DNA of 64,000 nt from Candidatus Zambryskibacteria bacterium RIFCSPLOWO2_02_FULL_51_21 (GCA_001824255.1 MHWQ01000002.1:205446-269445), one strand, 5' to 3'; numbered from the stretch's first letter, positions 40,112 through 48,750 are shown. Numbers and translations are program-made. Notes: generated from the sequence alone by a model not told the origin.

Positions 40112-40933
40112 CTATTTTTGGTTACACAAAGTTTCGAGCGCTTGGAGGTCGGCAGGGGTGGCGCGGAGGAAGTCGGCGTTGTTTATTTTATACATGATGG
40201 CCAAGGGGTCCGAGACGTGTTCGAGGCCGAGCGCGTGACCGAACTCGTGCGCGAGGAGCCGCACCAGCTTCGTCCGGCTGTCGAATTCGTAAATATTTAT
40301 CCCCTCCCCTTCCGGCCCGTTGTAATAAATGCCGCCCTCGAAAGTCTCGCCGCGCGCGGCGCCGACGGCGTTGTATTGGCTGACGTTCAGATTGAGACTC
40401 TTCGCCAGCTTATTCAATCTATCGGCAAGAGCGTTGAGTTCGGTCGCCTTGCCGTTGAGTTCATCTTCCAGAGACCTCAGAGCTTCAATTTCGGCATTGG
40501 TTACTCTCCTTTTGGATTGGAATTCCGCTACTTGCCTGTCATAAGCGCTTTTAAGCGAATTGTATTCGCTCTCAAGTCTTTTGTAAGAAGCCTCGAGCGA
40601 GTCGTAGCTTGTCTCGTTCGTCTTGAGATTGCTTTCTATAGACCCCAGCTCCTCCGTCGTCTCTTGGCGGTAGTCGTAAACCAGGTTTACCGGCAAGGCA
40701 CCACCCTCCGTCTTGTAAACAAAAAGGTCTCGGCCAGAAGGTCTCTCCCAAATCGCTTCGGCTTCGCTCAAAGCGGAGAGGAAATCTGTCCGGCTTACGT
40801 CAAAGCGCTGGTCGAAAGCGCCTATTTCATACGCAATAGGCCTAGTACAGGGAGGAACCGCGCCGCCGGGACCAACGGTGAACCACCAGGCTGCGGCGAC
40901 GAGAACCAGAAGGAAGCTTAGGGCCTTGAGCAT
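40112..40933 (-). CDS. Matrixin-family (M10-like) zinc metalloprotease with coiled-coil insert
   Basis: HEFGHALGLEH plus Met-turn (AIMY); signal anchor. Confidence 0.88.
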   Translation of the reverse strand: MLKALSFLLVLVAAAWWFTVGPGGAVPPCTRPIAYEIGAFDQRFDVSRTDFLSALSEAEAIWERPSGRDLFVYKTEGGALPVNLVYDYRQETTEELGSIESNLKTNETSYDSLEASYKRLESEYNSLKSAYDRQVAEFQSKRRVTNAEIEALRSLEDELNGKATELNALADRLNKLAKSLNLNVSQYNAVGAARGETFEGGIYYNGPEGEGINIYEFDSRTKLVRLLAHEFGHALGLEHVSDPLAIMYKINNADFLRATPADLQALETLCNQK

Positions 40934-41025
40934 TTACTTAATTATCTATGGTATAATCCCCTTGTCCAGCCGGAGAGACTTCTTAGGCCGGTATTAGGGA
41001 CTTAATTACCAATTACATTTAAATT

Positions 41026-41283
41026 ATGGCAAGAACTGCGAATCCGGCACTCCTTAGGCCCATGACCCTGTCTTCGGAACTCGAGGCAGTAGTGGGCAAA
41101 GGACCGATGCCCAGGGGCCAAGTGGTGAAGAAGATGTGGGAGTACATCAAGAAGAACGACCTCCAGAATCCTTCCAACAAGAGGAACATCTTCTCTGATG
41201 AGAAGCTTAAGCCCATCTTCGGCGGCAAGAGCGAAGTGACGATGTTTGAGATGACCAAGCTTGCTTCCGGACACATGAAGTAA
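41026..41283 (+). CDS. SWIB/MDM2 domain protein
   Basis: LS.EL..VVG...PRGQVVKKMWEYIK.NDLQNP.NKR.I..DEKL. Confidence 0.92.
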   Translation: MARTANPALLRPMTLSSELEAVVGKGPMPRGQVVKKMWEYIKKNDLQNPSNKRNIFSDEKLKPIFGGKSEVTMFEMTKLASGHMK

Positions 41284-41306
41284 TTCGGGCTTGGGTCTGA
41301 GAGGAG

Positions 41307-41343
41307 AAAACCAGCCCCGCCGCTCTGCGGCGGGGCTGGTTTT
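41307..41343 (+). terminator. Intrinsic terminator
   Basis: AAAACCAGCCCCGCC-7-GGCGGGGCTGGTTTT. Confidence 0.85.
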
Positions 41344-41491
41344 GATAAAGAACGGCATCAGGTAGATTCTTTTTATCACACTTGACATAGTGTCCTTTTT
41401 TGTATTAAGATAATGAATAGAAGTTCGTTGGAATTCAGCACGCCAAGCCCAAACTTGGCCCACACAACCCCACACAGGAAGAAGGTAGACA

Positions 41492-43186
41492 ATGCGGAAA
41501 AGACTTGGATTCGCCGTGCTGGTCGCTATTCTCACGGGGGCCATCCTAACCCCCGCTCAGACGAAATCGAATGTCGTCGTCATCATGGCGGACGACATTC
41601 CCATGAGCGACATCACCACCATGGTGGCTCAAAGCCAGCTCCCCAACATCAAGGGGCTACTGGACACCGGAATCGAGTTCACCCAAGCCATTTCTAGCGG
41701 CTCGGTCGGCTCGACGGCGCGCATCTCTGTCCTCACAGGACAATACGCGCAGAACCACAAGGAGTTTGGAGCGGACCTCTTCTACGGAGGCCCGGTCCGA
41801 CACAACGAGGCGACCCTCTTGCCAAACTGGCTGCGGCCCGCCGGCTATATTACCGCGAAGGTCGGACGCACCATCCCAGGCTACGGCGCTGGTGATCTCA
41901 CCACTGAAGAGCTCCAGGGAATCGCCGCAATGCATCCGACCGTGACAGCTGAGCAGCTTCGTCTGTTCTACTCCACTTTCCCGAAGTGTTCGTACATGCC
42001 GCCGGGTTGGTCCATTTGGTTCGTTTTTTGCGAGCCGTGGACCTGGAGCGTCCACAAGTACAAGGCCTCTATCAGCGGGACCAAGATGGACTTCAGTTCA
42101 TACAACACCCCGGTGGAAAGGTGGCACCAGACCGACTTCGTAGCTGATGTCGGAGACTGGTTCATCAGGACAGCCGCAACTTTGGGAGCACCATGGTTTC
42201 TGGAGCTCGCTCCAGTCGCCTACAACCGCGAGTTATGGCCCGGGCCGGACGTTTACAACGTCTGTCCGGACCCCACGCAGCCACAAGCATGGTGGTACGG
42301 TGGACGATACTCGGGCGTCTCAGAAAGGCCGCCACTGCGCCACATAAACACCATCTGGAACGCGAATGACCCGAACGGCGTGGCACTAGCGTCGCTCGAC
42401 TTCTCGTTCCCCACGCCACCCTCATTCGACGAAGAGGATGTTTCAGACAAACCCACGTGGGTTCAGAACCTCCCGAGAATCTCTGCAGAGGACTTCGATT
42501 GCCTCCAGAAACGTTACTGGCGCCGGCTCGAGACGGTCAAGTCCATCGACGACCTGGTGGGCAAGGTGATGAAGGCGCTCGCGGAGACGGGCCAGCTCGA
42601 CAACACTTACGTGGTGTTCATGGCCGACAACGGAAACAACGACGGCCATCACCGCTACAACGAGAAGCTGTCGGCGTATGAGAATTCCCTACGGATCCCC
42701 CTCATCATCCGGCGGCCAGGCACGACTACTCCGGTCAAAGTGGACAAGCTGGTGCTGGGCGTCGATATCGCCCCGACCATCGCGGCCATCGCTGGAGCTA
42801 CGCCGAATATCGTGGTGGATGGCAGGTCTCTCCTGCCACTCATGGACAACCCCAGTTTGCCTTGGCGCAAGATGGGGCTCATCCAGCACACGCTCGGTGT
42901 CTGGGACGCAGGGGAAGCCACTACTGCTCCCCGTGAGTACTACGGGCTCCGGATCGGCAACGGTAACCCGCGCTTGTTCCTGAACTACCCCAAGGTGCAA
43001 ACCGGCGTCCGAGGGGAGTACTACAAGATGGCGACGGACCCGTATCAGCTCAATAACCTGTACGGGATGGCGACCACGGAGATAACCAACATCTCCCCAT
43101 GGCTCAACGCCATGAAGGTGTGTAGGGGCAACAACCCCACCACCGTGGGAAGCTGTGCGTGGTTGGAGAACAACTTCAACCGCTGA
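41492..43186 (+). CDS. Secreted sulfatase-like protein (atypical active site)
   Basis: Signal peptide, NVVVIMADD, RISVLTGQY..NH, SIDDLVG, ADNG, YE..LRIPLI, DIAPT, DGRSL, DPYQL.NL. Confidence 0.85.
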   Translation: MRKRLGFAVLVAILTGAILTPAQTKSNVVVIMADDIPMSDITTMVAQSQLPNIKGLLDTGIEFTQAISSGSVGSTARISVLTGQYAQNHKEFGADLFYGGPVRHNEATLLPNWLRPAGYITAKVGRTIPGYGAGDLTTEELQGIAAMHPTVTAEQLRLFYSTFPKCSYMPPGWSIWFVFCEPWTWSVHKYKASISGTKMDFSSYNTPVERWHQTDFVADVGDWFIRTAATLGAPWFLELAPVAYNRELWPGPDVYNVCPDPTQPQAWWYGGRYSGVSERPPLRHINTIWNANDPNGVALASLDFSFPTPPSFDEEDVSDKPTWVQNLPRISAEDFDCLQKRYWRRLETVKSIDDLVGKVMKALAETGQLDNTYVVFMADNGNNDGHHRYNEKLSAYENSLRIPLIIRRPGTTTPVKVDKLVLGVDIAPTIAAIAGATPNIVVDGRSLLPLMDNPSLPWRKMGLIQHTLGVWDAGEATTAPREYYGLRIGNGNPRLFLNYPKVQTGVRGEYYKMATDPYQLNNLYGMATTEITNISPWLNAMKVCRGNNPTTVGSCAWLENNFNR

Positions 43187-43196
43187 AGACCATTCG

Positions 43197-43242
43197 CAAG
43201 GCGTGTCATGACTCTGCTTTCGCAGAAGCATGACACGCCTTG
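43197..43242. terminator. Long hairpin between the sulfatase and the convergent tRNA-Ala
   Basis: CAAGGCGTGTCATG...CATGACACGCCTTG, 14-bp stem. Confidence 0.75.
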
Positions 43243-43250
43243 ATTTATTT

Positions 43251-43324
43251 TGGTGGACCTAGGCGGAATCGGACCGCCGTTTCGGCAATGCGAATGCCGT
43301 GTTCTGCCACTAAACTATAGGCCC
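43251..43324 (-). tRNA. tRNA-Ala(CGC)
   Basis: GGGCCTA/TAGGTCC acceptor with G3:U70, anticodon arm CGGCA-TTCGCAT-TGCCG, encoded CCA. Confidence 0.88.
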
Positions 43325-43905
43325 TTTTTCCCCTTAAAATATTGGATAACCGGCGGAATCAAGGATACCACAACGATAAGCCCCACGATAGGCAAAACAT
43401 AGCGGTCCGCATCGGGAATCGACTGGCCGAAGAAATATCCCGCCGAGGTAAGGCCGACCGCCCAGATAAGAGCCCCGAAGAAGTTATAGAAAGTAAAAAT
43501 TTTGTACTTCATCTCCCCCACTCCGGCCATTACGGGGATAAAAGTGCGCACTATTGGAACGAAGCGTGCGAGCACTATCGCTTTCTTGCCATGCTGGTCG
43601 AAAAAGCTCCTGGTCTTCTCGATATTTTCCGGGCTGAACCAGAATGATTTGGGCCGAGAGAAAATTCTTGGGCCGATTTTCCTTCCAATCCAGTAACCGG
43701 TCGCGTCTCCGGCAAAAGCCGCGAGGAAAAACATGGGCAAGAGAAACTCTATGCGCAAGTACCCCTGCGACGCGAGAAATCCGGCGGTGAAAAGAAGCGA
43801 ATCCCCCGGCAGGAAAAAACCGACGAATATGCCCGATTCGGCATAAATGATGCCGAAAAGGCCGAGATATCCGGCTGTTTGAATCAAAGAGACGAGGTCG
43901 AACAT
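43315..43905 (-). CDS. DedA family membrane protein
   Basis: AESG..GFFLPGDSLLF.AG, ARFVPIVRT. Confidence 0.93.
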   Translation of the reverse strand: MFDLVSLIQTAGYLGLFGIIYAESGIFVGFFLPGDSLLFTAGFLASQGYLRIEFLLPMFFLAAFAGDATGYWIGRKIGPRIFSRPKSFWFSPENIEKTRSFFDQHGKKAIVLARFVPIVRTFIPVMAGVGEMKYKIFTFYNFFGALIWAVGLTSAGYFFGQSIPDADRYVLPIVGLIVVVSLIPPVIQYFKGKKGL

Positions 43906-43928
43906 TGACCCACTATATCATCGAAATA

Positions 43929-44174
43929 TTATTCGAGGAAAACCTGCGCGCCCTCCTTGGCTCTCTGCGAGAGCTTCACCGCCGCGTCGGCTCCTTTCTT
44001 CGCCTTATCCGCGTCGGCGTGGTCAATCTGGAGGGAGGAAACAGTCTCTTCGAACTCCTCATCCCCTTTCTTTATCTTTATCCTGTCGCCCTTCCCGAGC
44101 GGACCGGTGAGCTTTATCACGGCTACGCCGATCTTGTCGTACCAATGGGTAACGGTGCCTATCTGCTTGGCCAT
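43929..44174 (-). CDS. Small beta-barrel protein (U32-peptidase C-terminal / EF domain-2-like)
   Basis: IG.VTHWYDKIGVA.IKL...L.KGD.I; TATAAT-6-ATG. Confidence 0.75.
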   Translation of the reverse strand: MAKQIGTVTHWYDKIGVAVIKLTGPLGKGDRIKIKKGDEEFEETVSSLQIDHADADKAKKGADAAVKLSQRAKEGAQVFLE

Positions 44175-44206
44175 GCCTGTATTATACACCCGGGAGAATA
44201 TACCAG

Positions 44207-44280
44207 TGGACGATACAGGATTCGAACCTGTGACCTTACGAATGTGAATCGTACGCTCTAACCAGCTGAGCTAATCGTCC
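44207..44280 (-). tRNA. tRNA-Val(CAC)
   Basis: GGACGAT/ATCGTCC acceptor, TACGA-TTCACAT-TCGTA, GTTCGAATC. Confidence 0.93.
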
Positions 44281-44284
44281 CTTG

Positions 44285-44355
44285 TGGACCCACGGGGAGT
44301 CGCACCCCGGACTCGTCCATGCCATGGACGCGTGTTACTGCTATACCATGGGCCC
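44285..44355 (-). tRNA. tRNA-Ala(GGC)
   Basis: GGGCCCA/TGGGTCC with G3:U70, CGTCC-ATGGCAT-GGACG (A32-U38), T-loop TGCGACT. Confidence 0.85.
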
Positions 44356-44435
44356 ATTTGCGGCTTTATTTTGCTTCATTTTTAAGATAGAATCAAGTTC
44401 GTTACTTTTCAAAAATGAGCCCCCGGCTCATTTTT

Positions 44436-44508
44436 GGGCCCTTAGCTTAGTTGGTAGAGCGCCTCATTTGCAATGAGGAGGTCAGCGGTTCGAATCCGCT
44501 AGGGTCCA
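44436..44508 (+). tRNA. tRNA-Ala(TGC)
   Basis: GGGCCCT/AGGGTCC, CCTCA-TTTGCAA-TGAGG, GTTCGAATC. Confidence 0.94.
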
Positions 44509-44813
44509 CAAAAGACACAAATGTCCCGCCTGCGCGGGACTTTGTGCTTTTGTGGATGGCGCAGGTATATCGAGGATGCCAATCCGAGATACCGAGCCGG
44601 GGTCGAGAAATTTTGTGAGCGACGGCGAACAAAATATTCGTGACCACAATAAATCTGCATGCGAAGCATACAAAATAAAATAACCCATGATGGGTTCTTT
44701 GTGCTCCACTCGGGCAGAGTGAAAGGTCGAAATTACCTCTAGAGAGTGCTTATAGTCCAGTATGATACCCGTATTCTAAACGTCTAATCTTGCATTAGTA
44801 GGGCATTTTGTAT

Positions 44814-45794
44814 ATGAAAAATATAATACTCATAGGATTTATTATTTTAACTCTCGGACTGTCTAGTATTGGCCACGCGGCTACCACTCCTACCTTATCG
44901 GACAGTTCGACGTATGCGATTCTTTCCAGTACCTATACCGATACGTCTGGCGCAACGACAATCAATGGAGACGTCGGCTTCACCACTCCCCCGGCAACCC
45001 CGCCACTTGGCACACAAACGAATTATGGAAGTGGAGCGCCATACTCTGTGGCTGGTACTGACCAAGCGGCCGTATTAGCTCTCTTGAATGCCCAGCCGTG
45101 CGATTTTACCTTCGGGGCTGCCACTGATTTGAGCCTGGAGACCCAGCCTCTCCAGCCGGGTGTTTATTGCATTACGGGAGCGCAATCTGTTGGGACAGCA
45201 GGGATCACATTGCTTTCTGGAACGTATATATTTAGATCAACGGGTGCTCTCAATACAGTGGCGAACTCCGTGGTTTCTGGTGGTAATGCCTGCGATGTTT
45301 TCTGGACACCAACGGCTACCACATTGGGAGCCAACTCTACTTTTTTCGGAACAGTGATTGATGACGCTGGAATCACAGTCGGAGCCGTAACTACATGGCT
45401 TGGCCGGGCGCTTGCTTTTGGGGGCACGGTTACGACAGACACTAATACCATCACAGTGCCTAATTGTGCTCCTGTGGTCCCCACACCACCCTCGCCTCCA
45501 GTCCCAACCCCTTCTTCTGGCTCATCGCATTCTGGAGGAACGAAGAGATGTGATACTTCTACCACACTTAGTTGCGAAGAATATTTCAGAAGCCCGGCAG
45601 TTAGCCCAGCAGTAAGTACGGTAGTTGCGGTACCTGAAGTGCTTGGAGTTTCAGTGTCTCCATATTCATATCCGACTCCATCGATGCCTAGTACAGGAGG
45701 GAGTCGTGATTACATGATCCATCTACTTCAACTTGCGAGCATTCTAATTGTTTCTGGAGGACTATCAATGTTCGTAGCAAGAAAAAGTAGATAA
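44814..45794 (+). CDS. Ice-binding-like (DUF3494) surface protein with LPxTG-like anchor
   Basis: YAILS...T.SG.TTINGDVG, LQPGVY, YIFR..GAL, VFW...TTLGANSTF.GTVI; C-terminal MPSTG, TM and RKSR. Confidence 0.82.
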   Translation: MKNIILIGFIILTLGLSSIGHAATTPTLSDSSTYAILSSTYTDTSGATTINGDVGFTTPPATPPLGTQTNYGSGAPYSVAGTDQAAVLALLNAQPCDFTFGAATDLSLETQPLQPGVYCITGAQSVGTAGITLLSGTYIFRSTGALNTVANSVVSGGNACDVFWTPTATTLGANSTFFGTVIDDAGITVGAVTTWLGRALAFGGTVTTDTNTITVPNCAPVVPTPPSPPVPTPSSGSSHSGGTKRCDTSTTLSCEEYFRSPAVSPAVSTVVAVPEVLGVSVSPYSYPTPSMPSTGGSRDYMIHLLQLASILIVSGGLSMFVARKSR

Positions 45795-45893
45795 TACATT
45801 TTGAAAATAAAATAATAGCCTCGGGCTGAAGACAAAAGGTTTTACATTGTTCCCGTAGGGCTCCACCCCTTGAGTGCTTTCTATAATCTGTTA

Positions 45894-46078
45894 ATGTAAG
45901 AGCTAGAGTTTGCCCCGAGAGGAGGGGCCCACATGGGAGGCGGCCTCCTCTCGGAGGCGCCACGGCGCAGAACGGAAGAGTGGGATCGCCAGATCCCGCT
46001 TACTTCGCGCCGAAGCGCCCGATGTCGCACCCGCTCCCATTACACCGAGCCGGCCAGGCGATCCTGGCCGGCTTTTTC
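45894..46078 (+). ncRNA. Candidate structured non-coding RNA (unknown family; 6S-like is one hypothesis)
   Basis: TATAAT at 45882, two GC-rich hairpins, long-range complementarity, intrinsic terminator, no credible ORF. Confidence 0.55.
46048..46078 (+). terminator. Intrinsic terminator
   Basis: AGCCGGCCAGG-CGAT-CCTGGCCGGCT-TTTT. Confidence 0.85.
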
Positions 46079-46094
46079 TATTTCTTCTGCGAAA

Positions 46095-46292
46095 CTATTT
46101 TCTTCTGCCGAAGACCCCGTAGAGCACCACTCCGAGAATCGGGAAGACGAAGCAAGCCAATATCCAGAGAGTTTTCCATAAAACGCTCTTTCTCGTACCC
46201 AGGATGTCCATCATGGCCCATACAAACAATATAAGCCAAATGATAAACAGGACAGTCTTGAATGCCATGATGCCTGCGAAAGCTTCAACCAT
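46095..46292 (-). CDS. PLDc N-terminal-like small membrane protein
   Basis: WAMMDI.....K.LW......FPILG..LY..FGR. Confidence 0.8.
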   Translation of the reverse strand: MVEAFAGIMAFKTVLFIIWLILFVWAMMDILGTRKSVLWKTLWILACFVFPILGVVLYGVFGRRK

Positions 46293-46376
46293 TTTTTTAA
46301 TTTTTATCTTTTAAAATCGGATTCGTTATCTACTCTTATAAATTATACTAGAAAATATAAAAAGTGAAACGTACAA

Positions 46377-47279
46377 CTATCCGTTTCGGCTGAGGACAAG
46401 ACTTATGCAATGGTCCACGAAGTCATGCGGCTTAATACCGGTTGAGAGAAGCGAGTCATACAGGCGCGAATCTTCGTGCAGAACCGGCTGAGAATCTGTT
46501 TCGAGGATATAAATTTTACCTCTCGGCGTGATAATGAAATCCGAACTCGAATAGTGCCTTAGACCAAGCGCTTCGTGCGCTCGCTTGCTTATCTCGATAA
46601 TCTTCGCGTTTTCTTCCTGAGTGGTATTGCCGTATGGAATCAGGGCATAAGTCTTCTCCCCCCTCAGACCCTCGACCACTCCGCAGGTCGCTTCCCTGCC
46701 CTGTACGAATTCCTCGACCAGAACTTTTCTCGAATGAGAGAAAGCGTTCTTTATCGCCTCTTTGAGTTCGATGATACCGTGTGCCAGACGGACACCGACG
46801 GAGGAACCGGCGGAAGCGGGCTTCACTATAACCGGATGGATGTAATTCCTCACCACATAAACCAGTTTTTCTTCCGTTAAGGTCTCGGGGGTAAAGAGCT
46901 CATGCCGCGGCATGAGAAGTCCGGCATTCTGGTAAGCGAGCTTGGCGACCTCCTTGTCGTAAGCGCGAGCCGAGGCGTGCATACCGGAGCCGGTGTAAGG
47001 AATTTTCAGATTCTCGAGCTGTTTCTGCACTTGTCCGTCCTCGCCATAGTGTCCGTGCATGGCATTCCAGACCACATCGGCGTCTCCCAGAGCTTCGTAA
47101 GGCTCGCGCACGATGCCGTCGCGATGCCATTCGCCGTCTTTTGATATGAAAATATCCACCGGCTCGTATCTACCCTCCCATTTGCGGAGAAGCGAGAGGA
47201 TATTTGCACCGGTTTTGAGTGACACGTCGTACTCGGGCGAAGGACCGCCCCGGAGAACCGCGACTCTGATGCTCGACAT
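46377..47279 (-). CDS. ddl: D-alanine--D-alanine ligase
   Basis: GGPS.EYDVSL.TG, HG.YGEDG, IPYTGS, VKP..GSSVGV. Confidence 0.9.
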   Translation of the reverse strand: MSSIRVAVLRGGPSPEYDVSLKTGANILSLLRKWEGRYEPVDIFISKDGEWHRDGIVREPYEALGDADVVWNAMHGHYGEDGQVQKQLENLKIPYTGSGMHASARAYDKEVAKLAYQNAGLLMPRHELFTPETLTEEKLVYVVRNYIHPVIVKPASAGSSVGVRLAHGIIELKEAIKNAFSHSRKVLVEEFVQGREATCGVVEGLRGEKTYALIPYGNTTQEENAKIIEISKRAHEALGLRHYSSSDFIITPRGKIYILETDSQPVLHEDSRLYDSLLSTGIKPHDFVDHCISLVLSRNG

Positions 47280-47291
47280 ACTAATATTATA

Positions 47292-48491
47292 TCAAATCCT
47301 GAATCCTTTGTTCCTCAAAAGACGGTGATAATTTATGGCGAAGCGGTGCGCTTCGGAGTTCGCTAGGAGAATCTCTTTTTCTTTTGTTTCTTGCTTCTTG
47401 ATTCTTGCTTCTTGCCAAAGTATGGCTCTGGCCCTATGCCTTTCATCCTTCACTACAGACACAACCCCAATCATTTCGAGGCCCATCTTGTCGAGTTCGG
47501 AGCGGGCGGCATTGAGTTGCCCCTTGCCGCCGTCCACCACAACCAGGTTCGGGAAACGCCATTCCGGATGGCCGAATCGCCTGGAGATTATTTCCCTGAG
47601 ATTCTTCGTATCATCGTTCTTATCCTCACGAATTTTGAACTTCCTATACTGGCTCTTGTTCACTTCCCCATCCTCAACGACAGTCATTACTCCCACGGCA
47701 TTTGTGCCGGAAATATGCGCAATGTCGTATGCCTCAATACGAAAACTGGGTGTTAAGGACTTGGTGCTAGGTGCTAGGTCTTGCTTTATTAACACAACAT
47801 CATGAATATGCTGTAGGGCAAAAATCTGCCTTTTCGCAATCTCTGCGTTCTCGAACTCATGCTTTTTCGCATAAGATTTCATTTCCCTCTCGAGAGATTT
47901 TATGAGAGTTTCCTTCTTGCCTTCAAAAAATAATTTTATCTTTCTGATTTGCTTCCGGTAGTCAGTCTTCGAAATCTTGCCGGCACACGGGCCGGGACAG
48001 AGGCCGATCTGCGCGTTGAAACAAGGTTTGCCCGAGAGTTTGCACCTGTCATCGCGATACGGGAAAATTTTCCGAATAATTTTCAAAGCTTCCTTCAATT
48101 CTCCAGAATGCGGAAATGGGCCGTACGTGCCCGAGCCTCTTGTGATTACCACTTTCGGAAACTCCTCTCTCGTAACTGTAACGAAGTTGTAGCTCTTGTC
48201 ATCCTTCTCGCGCGAGTTGTATATGGGCTGATGCTTCTTAATCTCATTGGCTTCGAGAATTAAAGCTTCCAGTACTGAATCAGTCTGCGCATACTCGACT
48301 GATTCTGCTTCTTCGAGCATCTTCACTATTTTCGGCCCGCGGGATAGGAAAATATCTTTCGAAAAATAGCTCCTCACCCTGTCGGCAAGCGAAGTGGCCT
48401 TGCCGATATACAGAATCCCCTTCCCCTTCTTGAAGAAATAGACCCCGGGCGCATCAGGGAGATTGAACTTTTTTAGCTCTTGACTTTTCAT
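47292..48491 (-). CDS. uvrC: Excinuclease ABC subunit C (short; no HhH tail)
   Basis: GIY-YIG (PGVY..YIGKA), UVR motif, RIEAYDIAH, VDGGKGQL, EAHRFAI. Confidence 0.92.
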   Translation of the reverse strand: MKSQELKKFNLPDAPGVYFFKKGKGILYIGKATSLADRVRSYFSKDIFLSRGPKIVKMLEEAESVEYAQTDSVLEALILEANEIKKHQPIYNSREKDDKSYNFVTVTREEFPKVVITRGSGTYGPFPHSGELKEALKIIRKIFPYRDDRCKLSGKPCFNAQIGLCPGPCAGKISKTDYRKQIRKIKLFFEGKKETLIKSLEREMKSYAKKHEFENAEIAKRQIFALQHIHDVVLIKQDLAPSTKSLTPSFRIEAYDIAHISGTNAVGVMTVVEDGEVNKSQYRKFKIREDKNDDTKNLREIISRRFGHPEWRFPNLVVVDGGKGQLNAARSELDKMGLEMIGVVSVVKDERHRARAILWQEARIKKQETKEKEILLANSEAHRFAINYHRLLRNKGFRI

Positions 48492-48524
48492 TTTATAGTT
48501 GTATTATAGTACTTGGAGGTTTCC

Positions 48525-48743
48525 ATGTTCATAACTGTAGACATTCTGTACCTGAAGAACAAGAAAACGGTTCCTGCCCCCGCCGGCTTCCCGAGCCAGG
48601 TGACGGTCGAGCTGGCGGATGCCAGACAGCTCACAGACAAGGTGGTCGAGGAAGCGGTGTGCCGCCGCCTCGCCTACCACAACATCACCGCCCGGCAGGG
48701 AGTTGGAGCGGTGGAATTCGGGTACATCCCCGTAGACCGCTAG
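48525..48743 (+). CDS. Small orphan hypothetical protein (72 aa)
   Basis: GGAGGT SD before ATG; terminator at 48751-48775. Confidence 0.7.
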   Translation: MFITVDILYLKNKKTVPAPAGFPSQVTVELADARQLTDKVVEEAVCRRLAYHNITARQGVGAVEFGYIPVDR

Positions 48744-48750
48744 TGCCCTC

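Noticed and set aside
45915-46045. HDV-like/theta ribozyme reading of the RNA candidate (CCTCCTC resembles the HDV L3 region)
   Set aside because: I could not build a P1 helix or a convincing J4/2 strand by hand.
45910-46234. Overlapping short ORFs across the structured RNA candidate
   Set aside because: They run through a strong terminator and into the antisense gene, and their composition is not protein-like.
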